Assembly (NCBI GenBank): GCA_036339465.1
Contig: JAYZAY010000034.1
Coordinates: forward strand, 1-14,272
Length of the DNA: 14,272 nucleotides
From: Myxococcota bacterium
GTDB lineage: Bacteria > Myxococcota > XYA12-FULL-58-9 > JABJBS01
Direction: 5' to 3'
Made by a program: the position numbers and the translations under genes. Below the pieces are notes generated by a model. It was not told the DNA's origin, did not search any database, and saw only the letters and a program-made list of their open reading frames with translations. Of the stretch, positions 1 through 7,383 are shown piece after piece. Each line of letters begins with the position of its first letter. Position 1 is the stretch's first letter.

Positions 1-114
1 CAAAACGCTGAACAAAACGCTGAACAAAACGCTGAACAAAACGCTGAACAAAACGCTGAACAAAACGCTGAACAAAACGCTGAACAAAACGCTGAACAAA
101 ACGCTGAACAAAAC
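1..114 (+). repeat. Perfect 12-bp tandem repeat (CAAAACGCTGAA)n, 9.5 copies visible, encoding (QNAE)n in the N-terminal region of the PLD
   Basis: Nine identical units at 1-108 plus CAAAAC at 109-114. It is in frame 1, the same frame as the PLD ORF, with no stop before 193, and it continues off the window edge. Confidence 0.97.
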
Positions 115-1845
115 CTCCCCAACAAGGAAGAACCAGCGCCAGAGCCATCCAACGGTGAAGAAAACACCCCACCCCCAGAAAACGAAGAGGAAGTGGAAGC
201 ACCAAACCCACTGACTCAACCTGAAGACAGTGGCGAAAATGAACCACCGTCCACACCTCCCCTCACCCCCAATTCCTTTAGTTACGTGGGACAAGCCGCC
301 ATTGCCGCCCTAGAGGACCATGACGAGGATTACGACCATCTTTGGAACTATTCCGGCGACAATGTTCTTGAGGGTGCCTGGCTCCAGCAAAGCCCCCCAA
401 ACAGCCACTGGGGACAGGACGCAAGCCTACTCGCCGTGCCGAGGACCTGCACCGAGGGCGCAAATTGCAATACCGACTTTCAGCTCTACCGCTGCGACAC
501 CCAAGCCGACTGTCAAGAGCACGGCATCTGCCGATCGGTTCAAGCCACCATCAAGCGTCCCGGCGATGAGCCGGAGGCCCTATGCACAGGCCACTCAGAC
601 CGAATCTATGATGCGATGTACCTGACCCTCACCAGGGCACGTAGCTTTGTGGATATCGCCAACCTAAGGCCACCTGACGGGCGCTTCTTGGCTGCCATCC
701 GCAACGGCCTTACCTATTTAAGCCATTTAGATACCGCCATTCAAATCCGGATCCTCTTTGGAGACATCATTGGGTTACCCGACCAAAGCGTCGATAACGT
801 ACTCGAAGATCTCCTCTCCCAGCAGCATCCCGATTCAAAATTGACCGCCAATATCGGTTCCTACCGCAGTGGCAGTCAATCCTGGAATCACGCCAAAATT
901 ATCACCGTGGATGGCAATCATCTCTTTGAAGGGGGCCACAATTGGATTAGCGACCATTATCTCATGCAATCCCCCCTCCACGATATATCCCTCCACCTAG
1001 GGGGATCTGCCGCTCGAGATGCGCACCGGTTTCTCAATCAACTGTGGTCATATACCTGTGAAGATCAAACCTGGTGGGACCTCTTCGACGGCGGTGGTTT
1101 GAGTATGACCCGCCGTGCTTCCATGCCCGACACACAGAATGATTGCCCACCGATGTATGAGATTGCAGAAAAGGTGAAGCTTGAAACTGGCACTCGGGTC
1201 GTATCCCTGGCACGCATGGGGGAGATAGGCACCAACCCTTCCGATGACGCCATGCTCGCTATGATGGATGCGGCTCAATCCACCATCAAGATGAGTCTCA
1301 TGGACGTTGGTCCCATTGGTATAGGCCCCATCACGATTTACCCCTGGCCCCAAAAACTTCTGCGGGAAATTGGCAAGGCCATGATTCGAGGGGTGCACGT
1401 TTATGTGGTTCAAAGTTCGCCCTACTCCATCCCGGGCGGGGCCAATATTACCGAGGGTTTTTATGGGATTGGGTGGACTCCCCTAGATGTCGCTGAAAAA
1501 TTACAAAACTATCTTGAAGATCACCGAGATATGGTGCCGGATGAAACCGACATCCGAGCGTTGATCTGCCAATATTTTCATCCCGCCCAGATCCGTTACT
1601 CCGATACAGAGACCTGGCCAGATGGCGCGAGCATTGGCAACCATGCCAAATTCTTTTTGATCGATGATCTCGCCTTCTACGTCGGCTCACAAAACCTCTA
1701 CCCATCCAATCTCGCTGAATTTGGGCTCCTCATCGACAATCCCGCCGCAAGCCAAAAAGTGGACATCGAGTATTGGCAACCCATGTGGCTTCACTCCAAA
1801 AAGACGGCGGCCTCCGGTAGCGATGCGCCCCATTGTCAGCTCTAA
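1..1845 (+). CDS. Phospholipase D family protein (Streptomyces-type, two HKD motifs); 5' end outside the window, at least 614 aa
   Basis: Two HxKxxxxD motifs: NHAKIITVDG followed by GGHN, and NHAKFFLIDD followed by GSQN (the GG/GS motifs of secreted Streptomyces-type PLDs). Frame 1 is open from base 1 (QNAE repeat, then a Pro/Glu-rich linker), so the GTG at 193 is probably not the true start. Confidence 0.9.
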   Translation, partial: QNAEQNAEQNAEQNAEQNAEQNAEQNAEQNAEQNAEQNLPNKEEPAPEPSNGEENTPPPENEEEVEAPNPLTQPEDSGENEPPSTPPLTPNSFSYVGQAAIAALEDHDEDYDHLWNYSGDNVLEGAWLQQSPPNSHWGQDASLLAVPRTCTEGANCNTDFQLYRCDTQADCQEHGICRSVQATIKRPGDEPEALCTGHSDRIYDAMYLTLTRARSFVDIANLRPPDGRFLAAIRNGLTYLSHLDTAIQIRILFGDIIGLPDQSVDNVLEDLLSQQHPDSKLTANIGSYRSGSQSWNHAKIITVDGNHLFEGGHNWISDHYLMQSPLHDISLHLGGSAARDAHRFLNQLWSYTCEDQTWWDLFDGGGLSMTRRASMPDTQNDCPPMYEIAEKVKLETGTRVVSLARMGEIGTNPSDDAMLAMMDAAQSTIKMSLMDVGPIGIGPITIYPWPQKLLREIGKAMIRGVHVYVVQSSPYSIPGGANITEGFYGIGWTPLDVAEKLQNYLEDHRDMVPDETDIRALICQYFHPAQIRYSDTETWPDGASIGNHAKFFLIDDLAFYVGSQNLYPSNLAEFGLLIDNPAASQKVDIEYWQPMWLHSKKTAASGSDAPHCQL

Positions 1846-1861
1846 AAGTTGCTCGGAACAC

Positions 1862-2428
1862 CTAATAGGCAAAAGAGAAAGTCCAAGTAGTCCCTTCGAG
1901 TTGACTTGACTGATTGAGGACGAACCATTCGGCATCCTTGTTGAAATAGAGATCGTTTTGCTCACCGTGCCCAAACCCATAGACTTTACCCACAACACCA
2001 GTAGCAAAGGATTCACACCCATCGTTGTTGACGATCAGCGTGGCCTCACCCGCTGTGAATTGCCAAGCAAACACACAAGCCACACACGAATCCAACTGCG
2101 TTGGCGCGGAAACCACAAATGAAGCGTCACAATCGATCTGGTCATCCGATTGATAGGTTTGGACATTGATGGTGCCCACACCGGTGTTGGAATCTAAACG
2201 CCCCAAAAGCCTACCACTCACCTTTTCCGTTTTTTCATCTGCAAATTTATCTTTATCACCTTTAGCGTCTGTGGTTTTTTTATCGGTACCATCATTCCCG
2301 GTGGATACCTCACTGGTGGTGCCATCCACCTCCCACCAATTTGATTTGCCCACGGACTTCGTCTCGCCTTCGGAGCCAGAACCGCAGCCTCCCAACACAA
2401 GCCAAAAACTCAAAATGACCATTCTCAT
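1862..2428 (-). CDS. Hypothetical lipoprotein (188 aa)
   Basis: The ATG at 2428 gives MRMVILSFWLVLGGC, a signal peptide II with lipobox LGGC. It is followed by a Ser/Thr/Lys/Asp-rich linker and a beta-rich domain with a CxxC (CVAC) and further Cys residues. It converges on the PLD. Confidence 0.75.
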   Translation of the reverse strand: MRMVILSFWLVLGGCGSGSEGETKSVGKSNWWEVDGTTSEVSTGNDGTDKKTTDAKGDKDKFADEKTEKVSGRLLGRLDSNTGVGTINVQTYQSDDQIDCDASFVVSAPTQLDSCVACVFAWQFTAGEATLIVNNDGCESFATGVVGKVYGFGHGEQNDLYFNKDAEWFVLNQSSQLEGTTWTFSFAY

Positions 2429-2826
2429 GTCCAAAGTTCTCCCGTTTCGCCCCGACGAGCCCTCACTTATGTTTAAATTAGCCCCCAGCCCACAGATTGT
2501 CCATGGGGGCTCGGTCTGTCCGCAGTGACCGGCCAAGTCGTTGATTTTAACGGGGGCAACACCTCAGACACCACCGAGTGGCAAGAAAGAAGGAGCTGCA
2601 TCCCCATTTACTTGCCCACCGACTCAAACGACTTTCAAACCACCGATTACTTGGAATCGGGCAAGCGCCAGCAACCGGATGGGAAAAACCAAAAGCAAAT
2701 AAAGCCCCGAAGGTATCTTGAGCCATGGTTGTAGAAATCATGCGCCGAGAAGCACCGTTGACCGAATTCCAATCATGTTCCCGATTGAGTGGCTCCGATG
2801 GAATGCGCACATGGAGAAAAATGCCC

Positions 2827-2863
2827 AAAAAAACCGGGGGCCCAAAAAGAGAAGCGGCCCCCG
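2827..2863 (-). terminator. Rho-independent terminator of the choice-of-anchor I gene
   Basis: On the minus strand: CGGGGGCC, 13-nt loop, GGCCCCCG, then GTTTTTTT, starting about 10 bp after the stop at 2873. Confidence 0.75.
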
Positions 2864-2872
2864 TGCGAAAAC

Positions 2873-4762
2873 TTATTGATACTTTGGTTTAATTTCCCAA
2901 ATCGCCACTGAACCAGAAATCTGATTTCCAATCACCAGCAGGGCTTCACCCGTGCTGCTCTTCTCTTTACCAATGAAAGTCATCGTCGCAGGCGCCAAAT
3001 CGCCGGAGATAGCTTCCCCTTCCACCAAACCACGGTTGCTGAAGTAGTCGATAAACGTCACATCGTAGGGATTCGTAATATCGAAAACCACGATACCACC
3101 CATACCCTCCAAACCGAGAAATGCATAGGTTCGTCCATTCACTTCACCTAAGGCCAGCGCCTTGGGTTCAGCTCCTTTTGCAGCGGAACCAAGATCACCG
3201 GTGTTTGTATCTTCGCCATTATTAAAGGCTTCACCGTGAATCGAAGCGGTAATTCGGGCTACCTGATCACCCGAATCAAATACCAGAAGACCGTTCTGGT
3301 CCCAAATACTCATTGACCGCCCACCATGAGTCATCAATCGATCGTGGCTACCGTCTTCGCGCACGCCCAAGGCATTGCTCACTTTCAGATCCTTGAGCCC
3401 CTCTTCCACGTTCCCGGAAAAGTGGGTGGACCCCAAGGTTAGGTCAGCCACGACCACTTCGTCGGTATAGGCCAAACAACCATCCTCTTCGTCAAATCTC
3501 AAGCCACCGTCGGCGATGCACTCCAGTGCATCGACTGCCTCAAAGAAATACGACCGACTCTCTCCCTCATTGGCCGAGACCACAAAGCCCGCCCCATGCC
3601 AACTATAACTGGCCAGGGTGTCTGGCTGATACACCCCATAAAGACCTGCGAATCGCTGGAAGTTGACTCCATCCTCATGGGAACCATCGAAGGATAGCCC
3701 AGACCAATCCTTGAAACCCAAACCCTTGATCTCCACCGAAACTGGGCTGGTGGTCAGGTCTAAAATAGCCAGGGCGTTGTTTTCTTGGAGACTAACGTAA
3801 GCCGTTTGACTATCAGACGATACCGCGATGTGTTCAGGCTCTAAATCCTGGGCCACGGTGGTCTGGATGAGCTTGCCTTTGATAGTGCGGCCCGTGGGAT
3901 TTGCAAACACGACCCCTTGGCTTTCAAGGGCGTCTTTTTGGTCATTAAACGCCCTGAACGAAACCTGAACGGCCTCGTCGGCTACCGCCCCATCGACCAC
4001 CTCAATCACACTAATGCTTCCCTCGGGATCCACAGAATAATCCCCCATGGGTTCGCCTTCGTTAACCACCAAAATTTTCTTACCATCGGGAGTAAATGTG
4101 ACCATATCCGGCTGAAAGCCCACGGCGATATTCTTGATGAACACAGGCTCGTCTGCGGAGATATCGTAAATCGCAATTTGTCCCGACTGACTTTTCGCTT
4201 TGGCCGCCAAGGCCACAATCAACAACCGATCGCTTGGGGAAACAGCGAGTCCCTTCGCTTGGCCGTCGGTGTAAGTCCCAACGGAGATCTGAAAAGAGGA
4301 ACTGAGATTGGTTTCGGTGGTCACCCCTTCGGTATTGGGACGCAAAATGATTCCGCCGACGTCCTTGGTGCTAACAATAGCCACCACGCTCTCATCACCG
4401 GCACTGTTGACCGCAAACACCCGGTCCTGGGAGGCTTGATAAGCAACCGTTTCGGCCGCCCCCTTCGGAGTTTCGGAATTCAACACCGCGCGTCCCAACA
4501 ATTGAATCTCCAGCTCGTCGGTGGCATTTTGCCCCGCCGGGCCGACCTCACCTCGCTCACCCACGGCGCCATCTTGGCCCGCTATGCCCTGGGCCCCCAT
4601 AGGCCCCTGAACGCCTGGCACACCAACTTCACCCTGAGGGCCACCCGCGCCCTCAGCGCCCACGGTCCCGGCAAGACCTTCAGCGGTGTCTTCGGTATTA
4701 TGAGAGGAACAGAATGTTAGCGCCGCTAACAAACCACAAATTACGAGAGATTGCTTTATCAT
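2873..4762 (-). CDS. Exported choice-of-anchor I family (alkaline-phosphatase-like beta-propeller) protein with an N-terminal collagen-like region, 629 aa
   Basis: N-terminal signal peptide with a possible lipid-anchor Cys, 17 Gly-X-Y triplets, then family-like motifs PDMVTFTPDG, NEGEP, DPEGSISV, DLEPE, VSLQENNA, YQPD, ANEG, GRSMSIW, DSGD, KGAEP, YAFLGLE. GGAG-type RBS upstream. Confidence 0.85.
   Translation of the reverse strand: MIKQSLVICGLLAALTFCSSHNTEDTAEGLAGTVGAEGAGGPQGEVGVPGVQGPMGAQGIAGQDGAVGERGEVGPAGQNATDELEIQLLGRAVLNSETPKGAAETVAYQASQDRVFAVNSAGDESVVAIVSTKDVGGIILRPNTEGVTTETNLSSSFQISVGTYTDGQAKGLAVSPSDRLLIVALAAKAKSQSGQIAIYDISADEPVFIKNIAVGFQPDMVTFTPDGKKILVVNEGEPMGDYSVDPEGSISVIEVVDGAVADEAVQVSFRAFNDQKDALESQGVVFANPTGRTIKGKLIQTTVAQDLEPEHIAVSSDSQTAYVSLQENNALAILDLTTSPVSVEIKGLGFKDWSGLSFDGSHEDGVNFQRFAGLYGVYQPDTLASYSWHGAGFVVSANEGESRSYFFEAVDALECIADGGLRFDEEDGCLAYTDEVVVADLTLGSTHFSGNVEEGLKDLKVSNALGVREDGSHDRLMTHGGRSMSIWDQNGLLVFDSGDQVARITASIHGEAFNNGEDTNTGDLGSAAKGAEPKALALGEVNGRTYAFLGLEGMGGIVVFDITNPYDVTFIDYFSNRGLVEGEAISGDLAPATMTFIGKEKSSTGEALLVIGNQISGSVAIWEIKPKYQ
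4526..4678 (-). repeat. Collagen-like (Gly-X-Y)17 coding segment
   Basis: GLA GTV GAE GAG GPQ GEV GVP GVQ GPM GAQ GIA GQD GAV GER GEV GPA GQN (aa 29-79). Confidence 0.9.
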
Positions 4763-5249
4763 CTATTGAACTCCTATTGTCGCATATAACCCACTAAAAT
4801 CAGCCCGAAGCATTACTAACATTTGCGTCTTATATGTAAAAAAAATGCGCCCTTTTGTGCTTCAAAAGCACCGCCACTGCGACCCTCCTCCTTTGACCGA
4901 TAATCTTTGGCGCCACTGGCCCCGACGCCAGTCAACCTCTCCTACCCAACCCCCACCTCTGACGCGATTTGGAGGGGCCCTAACCAATCCTACTCCAATC
5001 CCCATGTGGAGACTGCTCAATCTTAACGAAGGCCTGGACAGTTTTCGCTTGCTTGACAACCGCCTCTGGCCGCCAAAATCCAAATGTAAAAATTGACGCG
5101 CCCCTGGTTTCAGGAGAACCATTGGGCCAAACAGATGACCCTGCATGATACGCCCGAGGTTGGCCGGTGAGGGATGGGGCCCGATTTGAATACCGGGGCC
5201 TCAGATGCATAAAGAAGTCGTGGCACAACGGCTTCTCAGGGTCGCTTTT

Positions 5250-5945
5250 TTAGCCTCTGCTCTATCCTACTATCGGATAGCCCGGAGCAGGTTGCCGCCT
5301 GGGGCATCTGGCACCAAGTAAATCCCCTAGGCCAGGCTATCTGCCTTCGGCGCCTAGCCGATTACCATCTTGCGTGGTCTGTCGGGATTGCTTCTTACTC
5401 TGGCATACTGCAGTGTCCGCTTATCTTTAGCGCCGCGGCTCCGGCCTCTCAGACAATATGCATCACTTATTTCCCTCTATGGCTGCTGGCCTGATGCACT
5501 GGCCTTCGCGGCCTATATGCCGCTACGTGGCAACTTTTCTACCGGGCCTTCCTCTTTCCAGCACAAGACCTTTATCCGCCTGACCTAGCTGCCTGCCACT
5601 GCGCTTCCGCGGACCATCCTCTTTGCCGGTGCCAGCTTTTCTCCCGCCTCTCCGCACCTCTGGCCTCTCTGGCTATCCCCTTAGCTGACATCCTCGGCTT
5701 TCTGCTTCGCAAGTGCATCCTACATACTGCCGCCGCGGGCAGCCCCCTACTCTTGTAGCCCGGCATCTCCGCTTCCCCTCCTCCCTGCCTCACCTGCTTG
5801 CCCGGCCTATCTTCTAACCCTCTTTACCGCCCAAGCTTTTCTTGCAGCTCATCCCCTTACTGGGCTTCTCCGCTACTCCATTGACCACGCTTGCCACGCT
5901 CTATCCGTCTCCCGACCCAATCTCATCGGCAGACTATCGGATAGT
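5250..5945. other. Pyrimidine-rich non-coding tract upstream of parA; candidate centromere (parS/parC-like)
   Basis: No credible ORF. Strongly C/T-rich on the + strand, with many degenerate GCTATC/GCATC/GCTTC/GCCTC-type motifs. Bracketed by two copies of ACTATCGGATAG (5269-5280, 5933-5944). The position is typical of type Ib centromeres. Confidence 0.4.
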
Positions 5946-5989
5946 GCCCATCGTCTTCCCGCAAGATACGCATCAATATCGCCAAAAAT

Positions 5990-6017
5990 TAGACATCTCA
6001 TCTTCGGATGATAGGTT
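5990..6017 (+). promoter_or_regulatory. Putative sigma70-type promoter of the parA operon, with an inverted repeat in its spacer
   Basis: -35 TAGACA (5990-5995), 16-bp spacer, extended -10 TGaTAGGTT (6009-6017). The spacer contains TCATC-TTCG-GATGA (5998-6011). RBS AGGAG at 6037-6041. Confidence 0.45.
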
Positions 6018-6050
6018 GATGATGAACAATCAGGCTAGGAGATGGTGCAG

Positions 6051-6836
6051 ATGATAATCGCCACGTCCATCAGTAAGGGAGGGCAGGGGAAAAGCTTTCT
6101 TGCGATGCAAATCGCAAGGGCATTGTCGGAAGAATACAACCTCAAAGTCCTCGCCATCGACAACGATTCCCAGGCAAACCTGACCAGTACCTTTGGTATC
6201 AATGAGGGCGAAGTTCCAGACATTTGCAATACGAAATCTCTTTACCACGGGTACCAAGTCACCCCCGTCGAGATCGAGAACATTCAAGTTGTGGCATCGG
6301 ATGCAACCCTCGACACCGTGGATGAAGGCTCCTTCGATCAATGTTTTACCTTCGCAGACACACTCACCCATCTCTCAAAGTCCGCCGATGTCACCCTCAT
6401 CGATTGCCCCCCCAGCGCCGGTTACCTCGGCTGGGCGCCTCTCTTATGTGCGGAGGCAGTGTTGATTCCCGTCTTACCGGAGGACTTCGGCTTTCAAGGC
6501 TTGAATAAATTCCTCGGACATCTCGAAAAGGCGAAAAGCCCCCGACTCAACCCCAACTTGGATATTCTGGGCATCGTTATTAATCTTTTCGACTCCCGTC
6601 GTGCCCTTCATAAGGAATACGCCACTCGGATCCGAGAAGCCCACGGTGACCTCGTGTTCGACAAAACCATCGGCGCGCGCACCGCCTACGCCGAAGCAAT
6701 CGCTGCCCGTCAGGGTATCGAACGCTACGCCAAAAAGGGCACCGCAGTCACCGAATTTTCCGGCTTTATGGACGAACTCGTTTCCAAAATCATCGCTAAA
6801 AAGAAAACGACCACCCCAAAGGAGGATGCAGCATGA
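6051..6836 (+). CDS. parA: ParA family partitioning ATPase, type Ib (no N-terminal HTH), 261 aa
   Basis: Deviant Walker A KGGQGKS at the N-terminus, VLAIDNDSQANLT (A') and LIDCPPS (Walker B), plus VLIPV and GIVIN motifs. The ATG at 6051 is 9 nt after AGGAG; the ATG at 6042 abuts the RBS. Confidence 0.95.
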   Translation: MIIATSISKGGQGKSFLAMQIARALSEEYNLKVLAIDNDSQANLTSTFGINEGEVPDICNTKSLYHGYQVTPVEIENIQVVASDATLDTVDEGSFDQCFTFADTLTHLSKSADVTLIDCPPSAGYLGWAPLLCAEAVLIPVLPEDFGFQGLNKFLGHLEKAKSPRLNPNLDILGIVINLFDSRRALHKEYATRIREAHGDLVFDKTIGARTAYAEAIAARQGIERYAKKGTAVTEFSGFMDELVSKIIAKKKTTTPKEDAA

Positions 6837-7273
6837 GTAAGAATCTATCGACCCTTGGTGAAAAGAAAGTCTCTCTTCAGGACCTACTTCGCAACGATCC
6901 CCCAAAAGACTACCCAGACCATGATGAACCTCGGCTGGCCGTGGTTGAATCAACCGAAAGGGAGAGTTTGCACCAAAGTTCTCCTGCATCCAGCCATATA
7001 GATAGCCGGTCCGAGGATCCAACCACCAAGAAAGAAGCCAAAACCTACAAACGAAGCGTCACCATGACGGAATTTGTGGGAACCCAACTCGAGGCTTTGA
7101 TGGACGATTGTGTTTGTTCTCTCAATATGAACGTTACCGCCAGTGATGTCGTGGCCGCAGCGATTCTTCATTTAGCCAAGACCGACGACGAAGCACTTAA
7201 GGAAGCCCTAATAGAAGTCGGGGTAAAACCACGGCAAAAAACCCGAAGGCGAAGAAGGCTGGGCGTAGGGTAG
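6833..7273 (+). CDS. Small ParA partner, probable ribbon-helix-helix centromere-binding protein (ParG-like), 146 aa
   Basis: ATGA overlap with the parA stop and a GGAGG RBS indicate translational coupling. A disordered N-terminal half precedes a strand-helix-helix pattern KRSVTM / EFVGTQLEALMDD / TASDVVAAAILHL and an Arg-rich tail. No ParB/Srx motif is visible. Confidence 0.65.
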   Translation: MSKNLSTLGEKKVSLQDLLRNDPPKDYPDHDEPRLAVVESTERESLHQSSPASSHIDSRSEDPTTKKEAKTYKRSVTMTEFVGTQLEALMDDCVCSLNMNVTASDVVAAAILHLAKTDDEALKEALIEVGVKPRQKTRRRRRLGVG

Positions 7274-7383
7274 GGTAGGGTGATCGGAAGATCCCATCTA
7301 GGAGAAAACAAGGATCTTTATCCTTGGATCCATGCACCGCCATACGATACCATACGTTCGTTAAGGAGTTTTGCGGGATCACC

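Noticed and set aside
3917..4720. 267-aa + strand ORF, and similar antisense ORFs such as 6474-7022 and 13695-14030
   Set aside because: These are antisense shadows of well-supported genes on the opposite strand.
5053..5079. Sigma70 promoter TTGACA...CAAAAT
   Set aside because: The spacer is only 15 bp and there is no credible downstream gene.
4845..6054. Short ORFs in the intergenic region upstream of parA (4845, 4862, 4980, 5370, 5572, 5842)
   Set aside because: Biased low-complexity translations with no RBS or domain signal.
6833..7273. Calling the parA partner parB
   Set aside because: No ParB/Srx CTPase motif (GxRR) or HTH is visible. It is better described as RHH-like.
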